From Bugula neritina (Eukaryota > Animalia > Bryozoa), in the NCBI GenBank assembly GCA_964035545.1, contig OZ037769.1, positions 248,001 to 312,000 of the forward strand: 64,000 bases of DNA, written 5' to 3'. The first letter of the stretch is position 1; each line of letters opens with the position of its first letter. The notes below the pieces were generated by a model. It made no database searches. It was not told the DNA's origin and was given only the letters and a program-made list of their open reading frames with translations. Position numbers and translations under genes: made by a program. Below, one piece after another: positions 14,801-27,169 of this stretch.

Positions 14801-17800
14801 AGGTAGAGTAGCAGTATACTGTACTAGTACCTAGGTAGAGTAACAGTATACTATACTAATACCTAGGTAAAGTAGCAGTATACTATACTAATACCTAGGT
14901 AGAGTAGCAGTATACTGTACTAATACCTAGGTAAAGTAGCAGTATACTATACTAATACCTAGGTGAAGTAGCAGTATACTATACTAATACCTAGGTAGAG
15001 TAGCAGTATACTGTACTAATACCTAGGTATTAGTACAGTATACTATACTAATACCTAGGTGAAGTAGCAGTATACTGTACTAATACCTAGGTAGAGTAGC
15101 AGTATACTGTACTAATACCTAGGTAAAGTAGCAGTATACTGTACTAATACCTAGGTAGAGTAACAGTATACTATACTAATACCTAGGTAAAGTAGCAGTA
15201 TACTGTACTAATACCTAGGTAGAGTAACAGTATACTATACTAATACCTAGGTAGAGTAGCAGTATACTGTACTAATACCTAGGTAAAGTAGCAGTATACT
15301 GTACTAGTACCTAGGTAGAGTAACAGTATACTATACTAATACCTAGGTGAAGTAGCGGTATACTATACTAATACCTAGGTAGAGTAACAGTATACTATAC
15401 TAATACCTAGGTGAAGTAGCAGTATACTATACTAATACCTAGGTAGAGTAGCAGTATACTGTACTAATACCTAGGTATTAGTACAGTATACTATACTAAT
15501 ACCTAGGTGAAGTAGCAGTATACTGTACTAATACCTAGGTAGAGTAGCAGTATACTGTACTAATACCTAGGTAAAGTAGCAGTATACTGTACTAATACCT
15601 AGGTAGAGTAACAGTATACTATACTAATACCTAGGTAGAGTAGCAGTATACTGTACTAATACCTAGGTAAAGTAGCAGTATACTGTACTAATACCTAGGT
15701 AGAGTAACAGTATACTATACTAATACCTAGGTAAAGTAGCAGTATACTGTACTAATACCTAGGTAAAGTAGCAGTATACTGTACTAATACCTAGGTAGAG
15801 TAGCAGTATACTATACTAATACCTAGGTAAAGTAGCAGTATACTGTACTAATACCTAGGTAGAGTAGCAGTATACTGTACTAATACCTAGGTAAAGTAGC
15901 AGTATACTGTACTAATACCTAGGTAAAATAGCAGTATACTGTACTAACTACCTAGGTAAAGTAACTGCACACTATTAGGCAAAATATTACAGCTCTTTTT
16001 TAGAGTTGCCTTTCCTCTCTCTAGTATTTTTACTTGGTCCTAGTAATTAACTCGTCTTTATCCAAGAGTGCTGCCTTATGCAGGATGTTATGACGACTAC
16101 AATGGAGATGCTGTCGACCAGTTCAGCTACATCATGCCCTCTAGTAACGCTACTCAAGATACGTGTATATCCAGGTGTATGCAGGAAGGTATGTTCTAAC
16201 CAACATCCACGTGTATATCCAGGTGTATGCAAGAAGGTATGTTCTAACCAACATCTACCTGTATATCCAGGTGTATGCAGGAAGGTATGTTCTAAGAAAC
16301 ATCTACCTGTATATCCAGGTGTAGGCTGAAAATCTACTAGTCTCGCTGCTTACATAATTTCTTTGCAGTTAAAAAACAATTTTCAACACTAAGTGCAAAA
16401 CAAGTATGAATAATATATTCATCAATACATGTGAGGTAGCTTTAGTGACTGTGCGCTGCTAATGAATAACACCAACCACTCTGCTGTCAGGTTATGAGTT
16501 TGCTGCCATCAAAAATGGAGAAGAATGCCAGTGTAGCAACGATCCTAACAGAGATGGTGAAGCAGATATCGGCTCCTGTAACGTCGCTTGTGAAGGGAAC
16601 GCCGACTTTCTGTGTGGAGGGAAATTCAAGAACTCGGTCTATAAAACTGATTATAACAGTGAGTCGTGCTTTAGACATGCATATGTGTAATAGAATATGA
16701 TATAATATGACATTCTATAATAAAATATAATATAATATGAAACAACATGCATTGTTTTCCTAGACATAGAAATAATAGACAACTACCTTGGTTGCTATGA
16801 CGACGATGTGAATGATAGAGACATGGATGAACACTACTTTGATATTGATGGCATCGATGATTCTGAGAAATGTGTTGAAGCTTGTGGGCACTTGGGTACG
16901 TCTTAGTACACTTTCATTATACATTCTGTTGCAATGTAAGTTACAAGTTACAAGTTACAAGTAATATACTGTGTAGGATACAAGTAATATACTGTGTAGG
17001 TTACAAGTAATATACTGTGTAGGATACAAGTAATATACTGTGTAGGTTACAAGTAATATACTGTGTAGGATACAAGTAATATACTGTGTAGGATACAAGT
17101 AATATACTGTGTAGGTTACAAGTAATATACTGTGTAGGTTACAAGTAATATACTGTGTAGGATACAAGTAATATACTGTGTAGGTTACAAGTAATATACT
17201 GTGTAGGATACAAGTAATATACTGTGTAGGTTACAAGTAATATACTGTGTAGGATACAAGTAATATACTGTGTAGGATACAAGTAATATACTGTGTAGGT
17301 TACAAGTAATATACTGTGTAGGTTACAAGTAATATACTGTGTAGGTTACAAGTAATATACTGTGTAGGTTACAAGTAATATACTGTGTAGGTTACAAGTA
17401 ATATACTGTGTAAGTTACAAGTAATATACTGTGTAAGTTACAAGTAATATACTGTGTAGGATGCAAGTAATATTCTGTGTAAGATACAAGTAATATTCTG
17501 TGTAAGTTACAAGTAATATACTGTGTAGGTTACAAGTAATATACTGTGTAGGATACAAGTAATATACTGTGTAAGATACAAGTAATATACTGTGTAGGAT
17601 ACAAGTAATATACTGTGTAAGTTACAAGTAATATACTAAGTAAGTTACAAGTAATATACTGTGTAGGATACAAGTAATATACTGTGTAGGTTACAAGTAA
17701 TATACTGTGTAGGATACAAGTAATATACTGTGTAGGTTACAAGTAATATACTGTGTAAGTTACAAGTAATATACTGTGTAGGTTACAAGTAATATACTGA

Positions 17801-19683
17801 GTAAGATACAAGTAATATTCTGTGTAAGTTACAAGTAATATTCTGTGTAAGTTACAAGTAATATACTGTGTAAGTTACAAGTAATATACTGTGTAAGTTA
17901 CAAGTAATATACTAAGTAAGTTACAAGTAATATACTGTGTAGGATACAAGTAATATACTGTGTAAGATACAAGTAATATACTGTGTAAGTTACAAGTAAT
18001 ATACTGTGTAAGTTACAAGTAATATACTGTGTAGGATACAAGTAATATACTGTGTAGGTTACAAGTAATATACTGTGTAGGATACAAGTAATATACTGTG
18101 TAGGTTACAAGTAATATATTGTGTAGGATACAAGTAATATACTGTGTAAGTTACAAGTAATATACTGTGTAGGATACAAGTAATATACTGTGTAGGTTAC
18201 AAGTAATATACTGTGTAGGATACAAGTAATATATTGTGTAAGTTACAAGTAATATACTGTGTAGGATACAAGTAATATACTGTGTAGGTTACAAGTAATA
18301 TACTGTGTAGGATACAAGTAATATATTGTGTAAGTTACAAGTAATATACTGTGTAGGTTACAAGTAATATACTGTGTAAGTTACAAGTAATATACTGTGT
18401 AGGTTACAAGTAATATACTGTGTAAGTTACAAGTAATATACTGTGTAAGTTACAAGTAATATACTGTGTAAGTTACAAGTAATATACTGTGTAAGTTACA
18501 AGTAATATACTGTGTAGGATACAAGTAATATACTGTGTAGGTTACAAGTAATATACTGTGTAGGATACAAGTAATATACTGTGTAGGTTACAAGTAATAT
18601 ACTGTGTAGGATACAAGTAATATACTGTGTAGGATACAAGTATGCTGGTGTCCAATTCGGAGAGACATGTTTCTGTGGCAATGAATACGGAAAGCACGGG
18701 GAACTTGCTAAGAGTGGGTGTAAGGATGAATGCACCGCAAACTGTGCTGGAGATGAGGCTAATTACATTTACAGAACTCGCTATATTGGTAGGATGTCAA
18801 CTAAACAATATAATATGTAACATAATTTTATGTTATATATCGCAGTATAATATGTAACATAATTATATATAACATATTATATATTGTATTATAATATATT
18901 GCATACTAATGTACCTCATGATATATTAATATATAATATCTCATCTATTACTGTATTATATGATATAATATTATTTTAAATCAGATTCTATATTAAAAAA
19001 TTGTACTATATATTGTTATATAAAATTACATAATATATTGTTATACTACATTCTATTATATATTGTTATATTATATTATATTATATTATATTATATTATA
19101 TTATATTATATTATATTATATTATATTATATTATATTATATTATATTATATTATATTATATTATATTATATTATATTATATTATATTATATTATATTATA
19201 TTATATTATGTCAGGCTGCTTCCCAGACAAAGAGCAAAGAGCTATGAGTCATGAAATAGACATTGACTCTGACCAGAATGAACCAGCCACTTGCATAGAG
19301 CTGTGTGAAGCCGCAGGTGAGAGGTCAAACTTCTAGTATATTACAACTACATGACTTTGTCCATGCTCTTACATAGACAGCTGCATCTATACTACAACTG
19401 TTACAACTATAACCTTTCTCACTTGGACAGCTGCATCTATACTGCAACTGCTACTTCGCCAATCTCAGTATTGCTACATGCTGATGCAACAATAAATTCT
19501 CTTACAGGTTACCAGTTTGCTGGCGTAGAGGACGGCGACCAGTGTTACTGCGGTAACAACCCCAACAGGTACGAGCAGGTGTCTGAAGACGAGTGTAACA
19601 GGCAGTGTTCTGGCAGCACTAAGCACACCTGTGGCGGCTCCTGGAGAATCTCCATATTCAAGACACAAGCAGATTACGATTAA
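8824..19683 (+). CDS. CD225/dispanin-like membrane protein fused to four WSC domains (paralog 1, ~584 aa)
   Basis: Exons 8824-9159, 12017-12238, 12720-12795, 14373-14486, 14603-14770, 16084-16188, 16491-16658, 16764-16895, 18633-18788, 19215-19316, 19508-19683; total 1755 nt, phases consistent. N-terminus is Pro/Tyr/Ala-rich (EPPPPAYP, GYAAPT x3). CD225-like segment WFYISLCAIILFFPLAIPGAVFAHKARQDAKRGD. Four WSC motifs of the form Y(I/L)GC(Y/F)xD...C...C...GYxYAGL...C(Y/F)CG...C...C...CGG...S(V/I)Y. Confidence 0.8.
9160..9770. repeat. 18-bp minisatellite (gtaagtactctgtctcaa) starting exactly at a splice donor
   Basis: About 34 copies; the first copy begins with the GTAAGT donor of exon 8824-9159. 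Confidence 0.95.
10158..10810. repeat. 38-bp minisatellite (tgtatataccctccttatatactcatatatgtatgtac)
   Basis: About 17 near-identical tandem copies; intronic. Confidence 0.95.
11450..11995. repeat. 15-bp minisatellite (ttctgacacatagta)
   Basis: About 36 copies ending just before the acceptor at 12016. Confidence 0.95.
12810..14335. repeat. 18-bp minisatellite (actgtaagtatagtatac); every unit carries GTAAGT or GTGAGT
   Basis: About 85 copies filling the intron 12796-14372. Confidence 0.95.
14764..15960. repeat. 32-bp minisatellite (tacctaggtagagtagcagtatactgtactaa) spanning an exon/intron junction
   Basis: About 37 copies; the unit contains the last exonic bases TACCTAG and the GT donor. Confidence 0.95.
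16161..16322. repeat. 48-bp repeat (~3.4 copies) spanning a splice donor
   Basis: Unit acgtgtatatccaggtgtatgcaggaag|gtatgttctaaccaacatcc; the first copy is partly coding. Confidence 0.9.
16955..18642. repeat. 23-bp minisatellite (tacaagtaatatactgtgtagga) whose last copy provides the splice acceptor
   Basis: About 73 copies; the final copy gtgtag|GATACAAGTAT starts exon 18633. Confidence 0.95.
19040..19209. repeat. (TATAT/ATTAT)n microsatellite
   Basis: Pentanucleotide run directly upstream of the acceptor at 19214. Confidence 0.9.
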
Positions 19684-20686
19684 AGTGCCATAATGTTAGC
19701 TAGAGAAATAGATCAATATTAATTGTATATTCTTATTGTTTTCAAATCTGTGTTTGTTTTCTTTTCTACTTGGACTTTACTTGTAAATTACCTGAAATTT
19801 TAACTTTTTTATTCATGACTTGCTGTATTTGAATATTTTTCGTGCATCATCATTTTACCAGGTGGCAATAATGTTTATCTGGTGGCAGTAATATTTACCA
19901 GGTGGCAGTAATGTTTACCAGGTAATAATGATGGCTGATGCCTATTTTAATTTTGTTTGTGCAGAGCTATGCTGTGATAAAATGAATCATTGAAAGCAAT
20001 TTTAATGCTTCTGTTTTTCAATATTTTTTCTCAAAGTTAATGTATTTTTTAGTGAATTTTAGTAGCAGAAAATAAATTTTTTAATCTATTTTTGTAAATA
20101 AAGGTGTGATGATGTGGAAATTCAGCTTCAAAAATTAGCTTCCAAAAGAGGGTTCAAGTGTTTAGCTGTGAAGTCTTGTACAAATGATTAAAAGCCACGT
20201 TGTTTTAAAGCTTAATGTAAAGTTAATACCTTGAAGGTTGTAAACATTTAGCATAAGAAAGGTGAACGACTAGAAGTGCGTTGACACTGTCAATACAGGA
20301 AAGTGCTGGAGATCAATAGAGACTCAAGAGTTTGTTGCATGTAATCAAACTGATTAGTTATTGATTCACTGAAACAAGTAATTCTCTATTTATATGCTCT
20401 TCAAGTTCAACAACTGCTGCCGAATAAGTTTTAGTCTTTCTATATTTCAGAGCAAACAATTCATGCGTTGTTTGTTTCAAATACAGCCATAGAAAACCTT
20501 GTTCTAAATGAATCTGACATAATTAAAAATACAGACTCTACCTGGACACTGTATTATGTCTATACAGTTGAGGAAGGCAGGTTTTAGCATGCAGCTGCTA
20601 TGAAACAGAGACTGTGATAGCACCAATACCTGAGATATATTTTCAAGGGGCTCAACTTTGCTGTCTGTTGCTTCCTAAAGAGGACC

Positions 20687-23600
20687 ATGGACAAGAATGA
20701 GTACACTGGGGACTCTGCTCCAGCACCGGTGAAGGCACTGGATCCATTATATGGCAGCAGGGTGCTGGTCACAGAGGCAGCGGGAGAAGAGAACCTGTAT
20801 GCAGATCCACCTGCACCAGTTCAGGCAGAGGTTGTGTCTGCTGACTCCCCACAGCTACCACGAGTTCCTGGTGATCCTGTGAACTCTTACTGTGGCCCTG
20901 ACCCACCCACCCCAGTCTTAGCAGAGAGTCTCAGCACAACTTACCAAGTTTCACAGTCTACTTCAGCCCCAACCCAGTTCTCTGTCACAGAAGGAGGTGT
21001 TACAGTTCAACAGGTTAAGTGCTATTAAATTAGTCCTTCTATAGTTTGTAATGATAGTGCTATAGTTAGTAATGATAGTGCTATAGTTAGTAATGATAGT
21101 GCTATCGCTTGTAATGATAGTGCTATAGTTAGTAATGATAGTGCTATAGTTAGTAATGATAGTGCTATAGTTAGTAATGGTAGTGCTATAGTTAGTAATG
21201 ATAGTGCTATAGTTTGTAATGATAGTGCTACAGATAGTAATGATAGTGCTATAGTCAGTATTGATAGCGCTATAATTAGTAATGATAGTGCTATAGTTTG
21301 TAATGATAGCGCTATAATTAGTAATGATAGTGCTATAGTTTGTAATGGTAGCGCTATAGTTAGTAATGATAGTGCTATAGTTAGTAATGATAGTGCTACA
21401 GTTAGTAATGATAGTGCTATAGTTAGTAATGATAGTGCTATAGTTAGTAATGATAGTGCTATAGTTAGTAATGATAGTGCTATAGTTAGTAATGATAGTG
21501 CTATAGTTTGTAATGATAGTGCTATAGTTAGTAATGATAGTGCTATAGTTAGTAATGATAGTGCTATAGTTAGTAATGATAGTGCTACAGTTAGTAATGA
21601 TAGTGCTATAGTTAGTAATGATAGTGCTATAGTTTGTAATGATAGTGCTATAGTTAGTAATGATAGTGCTATAGTTAGTAATGATAGTGCTATAGTTTGT
21701 AATGATAGTGCTATAGTTAGTAATGATAGTGCTATAGTTAGTAATGATAGTGCTATAGTTTGTAATGATAGTGCTATAGTTAGTAATGATAGTGCTATAG
21801 TTAGTAATGGTAGTGCTATAGTTTGTAATGGTAGTGCTATGCTATAGTTAGTAATGATAATTTAACAACATCAACTGGGATTTTACCATTTGTTGATAAG
21901 TTCGTATATTGACAACAAAACCGCTAATCAGTTTGTGATTGTTTAGAAAATATATTCCTAACAGTAACTAGCAGGTACTTGTGAGAGAGAGTAACTATGC
22001 AGGTACTTATGCTGTGTCCCTCAACCATCAGCACATATATGCACAAGCTCCAACTTGCCTATTCTACATAAATGAATTGTTTTTTACTTCTAGTTTTACG
22101 AAGACTTGATAGAAAAACATTAAATAGAAATGTATGTCTTGCAGTAGGTGTAGCGTTTTGATGGAACTATTTAACCTATTCAATTTTCCCACTGCTGCCT
22201 AGGTCAGCGCTGCCGCATCTGTTTGCTGGCTGGTAATCAGCATCTTCTCAGCAATCCTTTGCTGCCTGCCTCTCGGTGTTGCCGGAGCAGTTCTGTCGTG
22301 TGTCGCCATTACAGACGCCAAGAGGCAAAACAAGGAAACATATCAAGCAAGGCTCTGTCAAGCTAGAATAGTAACAGGAGTTGGGATTGGTCTCGGTTTG
22401 GTTGGACTGGTAGCAGGTCTTCTCTCCGGTGTATGTAGACTTGAGTAGTTGTGTAGAGTGTATGTAGACTTGAGTAGTTGTGCTGAGTGTATGTAGACTT
22501 GAGTAGTTGTGTTGAGTGTATGTAGACTTGAGTAGTTGTGTAGAGTGTATGTAGACTTGAGTAGTTGTGCTGAGTGTATGTAGACTTGAGTAGTTGTGTT
22601 GAGTGTATGTAGACTTGAGTAGTTGTGTAGAGTGTATGTAGACTTGAGTAGTTGTGTAGAGTGTATGTAGACTTGAGTAGTTGTGCTGAGTGTATGTAGA
22701 CTTGAGTAGTTGTGTAGAGTGTATGTAGACTTGAGTAGTTGTGTAGAGTGTATGTAGACTTGAGTAGTTGTGTAGAGTGTATGTAGACTTGAGTAGTTGT
22801 GCTGAGTGTATGTAGACTTGAGTAGTTGTGTAGAGTGTATGTAGACTTGAGTAGTTGTGTAGAGTGTATGTAGACTTGAGTAGTTGTGCTGAGTGTATGT
22901 AGACTTGAGTAGTTGTGTAGAGTGTATGTAGACTTGAGTAGTTGTGTAGAGTGTATGTAGACTTGAGTAGTTGTGCTGAGTGTATGTAGACTTGAGTAGT
23001 TGTGTAGAGTGTATGTAGACTCGAGTAGTTGTGCTGAGTGTATGTAGACTTGAGTAGTTGTGTTGAGTGTATGTAGACTTGAGTAGTTGTGCTGAGTGTA
23101 TGTAGACTTGAGTAGTTGTGCTGAGTGTATGTAGACTTGAGTAGTTGTGTTGAGTGTATGTAGACTTGAGTAGTTGTGCTGAGTGTATGTAGACTTGAGT
23201 AGTTGTGCTGAGTGTATGTAGACTTGAGTAGTTGTGCTAAGTGTATGTAGACTTGAGTAGTTGTGTAGAGTGTATGTAGACTCGAGTAGTTGTGCTGAGT
23301 GTATGTAGACTTGAGTAGTTGTGTAGAGTGTATGTAGACTCGAGTAGTTGTGCTGAGTGTATGTAGACTTGAGTAGTTGTGCTGAGTGTATGTAGACTTG
23401 AGTAGTTGTGCTGAGTGTATGTAGACTTGAGTAGTTGTGCTGAGTGTATGTAGACTTGAGTAGTTGTGCTGAGTGTATGTAGACTTGAGTAGTTGTGCTG
23501 AGTGTATGTAGACTTGAGTAGTTGTGCTGAGTGTATGTAGACTCAAGTAGTTGTGTAGAGTGTATTCCTGTGTGTTCTGAGCTCTACCTGACCCGTATAC

Positions 23601-26600
23601 TCTCAAAGAAATATTCACCATGCTATACAGACTCCTAGAAGTATGAATGTTATAATTCTATTTACCATTTTACAGCTATTACTGACATTTTCCTCGAGAC
23701 GATATGATGAACCCCTGGTATTTGACTCTGGAGTCACCATAAACCAACCATGGGATGGTAACAAAACCCATATAATGATTATTTGCTTCTTTGTGCATGC
23801 TTACTTTGCTAAATACATTATTTGAATTCTACAATACGTAGCAGTTGGAGGTAAATAGATTCTACAATAGTTAGCAGTTACAGGTGAATGCACATCCGTT
23901 CTTTTAGATCAGGGGGTGTATTTGGGATGTTTTCAAGATGTTGATGGCTCTGTGCAACTTGATGGGATAAAGTATAACTTTGGGTGGTCAAACGGAGCCC
24001 AGAAGTGTGTGGAGTTCTGCGCAATGCAAAGTAAGAGGAAAGTTATACAGCCCCACACCACTTAATCCAAGTTCTAACTGCTACCAGTTTACTAAAGAGC
24101 ATTAGCACAATATGGTGGGAAGCTAAGTTGCAGTTTATTACAAAAAGAAAGTTGATTTCTCATTTGTATATTGTAAATTACAAGCTGTACATCTACAAAA
24201 CCTTACTAGACCCTTTGTAGAAGAGATTATTCAACCTCTTTCTTTAAACTTGGTAACAGTGTGCAAGCATTGCTTCACAGGAGGAGGCAATTTCTACAAT
24301 ACGCACAACATTGTGGTAAAACATAATAAACAATACCGTAGTTATCCCCACTAAATAATAAACGATATTGTCGCTATGACCATAGTTGTAGAATATGATG
24401 CTCTATAATAGATATGTAGGCGTAAGATTATGCTGATCTATAAAGGTGATTGGTGTACAAGAAAGTATTATATTACTGCATGTGTGTAATATTGGAATAG
24501 TATGTAAATATATTCTTTTACAGGTTTCAAGTACGCAGGCCTTCAAGGAGGGGACATGTGTCACTGCAGTAACTACTACAATTCTACAACCAGACTTGAA
24601 GAGTCCAGCTGCGATGTTTATTGCCAGAATACTCGGGAAATCTGTGGAGGGTATTCAGAGAGTTCTATTTATAGAACTAACTTCTTAGGTGTGTACGATA
24701 CTGGCTCTCCTGCATACTCATACTGCATCCAATAGGTTTGTTGTTATAGCGTTGTGTACTGTTATGTAGGCTGTTTCCATGACGATTTTCCAGACATGTC
24801 TTTGGGTGAGTTCTCTGCAGAGGTTGAAAGTCACCAGGAATGTATAACAATGTGTGGAAACTACGGTAAGTCTATGTAATGTAATATGTACTGCTAACTT
24901 GATCACATGACTTAGACTGGGATCATCATCATAGACTGAGATCAACATAACTAGCCAGTCACAACTTATATGCTGCTATGTGGTATGACATGTACATGGT
25001 ATAATATATGAGATTATAGCATGATAGTTGTGCAGACAATTCCTCTACGCAATCTACCAAAGTATCCCACAAGTGGACCTGACAAATATAAATAAAAATA
25101 AAATAAGATATAAACGCCATTATATCATAGCTAACTATTTATATACCTTTCAATTTGCATTATCAACTATATTATCTATTCCGTAGCATAAAGTTATTGT
25201 GTAACTGGGAGAATAAAATACTAGCAGTAGTTGGTGGTCTATTACAGCTTATGACTTTGCCGGCCTTCAGAACTCTAGTACGTGTTACTGCGGGTACGAC
25301 CCCAACCGATACGGTGAAGCAAACTTAGCTGAGTGCAACATTCCCTGTGAATACAACTCCAGTTTGACATGTGGTGGGCTGCTTAAGAACACGGTCTATA
25401 AAACACATTTCCTCTGTGAGTATAAGACACATTTCCTCTGTGAGTATAAGACACATTTACTCTGTGAGTATAAGACACATTTACTCTGTGAGTATAAGAT
25501 ACATTTACTCTGTGAGTATAAGACACATTTACTCTGTGAGTATAAGATACATTTACTCTGTGAGTATAAGACACATTTACTCTGTGAGTATAAGATACAT
25601 TTACTCTGTGAGTATAAGGATGTAGTCTCTAAGACACATTTACTCTGTTAAGATTTAGGAGGTTGCATATTTTAGATCACTCCACCTACTACTACCTTGG
25701 TTGTTTCCTGGACAGACCTGATTTCCCTGATCTCAACTCCTTCACCTACACTCTTCAGCAAACTGATGACCACCACGCATGTGTTTCTATCTGCGCTCAC
25801 AGGGGTTCAACTTTACTTACATAACAGCTGCGTTCAAATCATTGAAAATGTTGAAGTCGAAACTTTTAATTGAAATATTACACCTTCTACTAATTTGGAG
25901 AAGATACATTAAGGTTTTACACATAGCTCAGTGTTATAAAACTATCTCGTTAGATTCTTACTGTGACTTAGTTTGTCTGGGTGATTACCTGCAGGTTTCA
26001 GGTATGCTGGGCTACAGAATGGAACTGAGTGTTTTTGCTCACAGACGTATGGTAGATATGGTAAGATGGGGGAGACAGAGTGTTACACAACTTGCCCAGC
26101 ATCTGATGCAATCTGTGGAGGAATTAATAGAAACACTGTTTACAGAACATTCTACCTGGGTGAGTAGCCAATGAGCATCATTCTACCTAGGTGAGTAGCC
26201 AATGAGCATCATTCTACCTAGGTGAGTAGCCAATGAGCATCATTCTACTGCCATATTTGACCATGAGTCTCTCTTGCATTAGCCAACCATGACTATTGGG
26301 TTTCATAGCTTATTGAGGTATTTGTAAACAACCTCTAATAGTTTATTGCGTGTGTCATCACCGAGGAGGTTGTGTCAACAGCAATCTGATGTTTATAGGA
26401 TGCTTTGAGGACGATGCATATGACAGAGCACTGAATGAAAGCATAGACTTAGCTATTAGCTATTTTGACTTTGAACCTGCGATGTGCATCACTACCTGTG
26501 AAGTAAAAGGTAAACACTATAGTGTATATTATATTTATATATTAATGTTTATGAGTCAATGCTGTTCTCATTTATACCAAATCTAGTATGTAGCAGAGCC

Positions 26601-27169
26601 TCTTCTGCTAGAACTGAAATAAGCAGACAAAGCATATGAGCAGAATTCTCGAGCCCTACCAAACATTTAAGAGTTCATATATGTGTAAGCTCTAAGCACG
26701 AGAGACAAGTTATTGCTGTTATCAAACAAAGAGTTTTTTATTGAAAACTGATAAAGAACTTGCTTGAAGTGGGCCTGTTATTATAAATTGCCAATCTACT
26801 TAGTAATGAATACTCTAACTGAATAAAAACCAAGCTAAATAGTAAATATACTGCAGTTTATACCAGAAAATATTATGTAAACATAATCTGCACTCCACAA
26901 CTGTTAGGGTAAAAACTATTGCAAAATAATCATAGCAAACAAGCTGATTGACAGTTGATGGAGCGAGTATTAATAGTGACTGGGTGTTACCAGGTTACTT
27001 GTTTGCTGGAGTACAAAATGGTAATGAATGTTACTGTGGGCACGACTTCAACAAGTACCAGCAAGCACCTGACAACCACTGTGACATTTTATGTGATGGC
27101 AGCTCTGGACAAGTGTGTGGTGGGCACCTACGGAACTCTCTGTACAAGACTTCCCTTCTAGACTTCTAA
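20687..27169 (+). CDS. CD225/dispanin-like membrane protein fused to four WSC domains (paralog 2, ~589 aa)
   Basis: Exons 20687-21013, 22203-22430, 23676-23757, 23908-24030, 24524-24688, 24770-24865, 25248-25415, 25676-25804, 25995-26159, 26399-26509, 26994-27169; total 1770 nt. Canonical CD225 core WLVISIFSAILCCLPLGVAGAVLS...DAKRQ...ARIVTGVGIGLGLVGLVAGLLSG|LLLTF, then four WSC domains. Exon number and phases match paralog 1. The donor at 25805 (gttcaa) is weak. Confidence 0.82.
21041..21860. repeat. 21-bp minisatellite (tagttagtaatgatagtgcta)
   Basis: About 39 copies in intron 1 of paralog 2. Confidence 0.95.
22429..23562. repeat. 29-bp minisatellite (gtatgtagacttgagtagttgtgtagagt) starting at a splice donor
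   Basis: About 39 copies; the first copy begins with the GTATGT donor of the CD225 exon. Confidence 0.95.
25397..25618. repeat. 24-bp repeat (tataagacacatttactct|gtgag) spanning a splice donor
   Basis: Nine GTGAGT donor copies at 24-nt spacing, 25416 to 25608. Confidence 0.9.
26148..26247. repeat. 31-bp repeat (~3 copies) spanning a splice donor
   Basis: cattctacct(g/a)g|gtgagtagccaatgagcat repeated three times. Confidence 0.9.

Noticed and set aside
14764-18642. Intron gain by tandem duplication of AG|GT proto-splice sites
   Set aside because: The same introns exist at the same positions and phases in the paralog without these arrays, so the introns predate the repeats.
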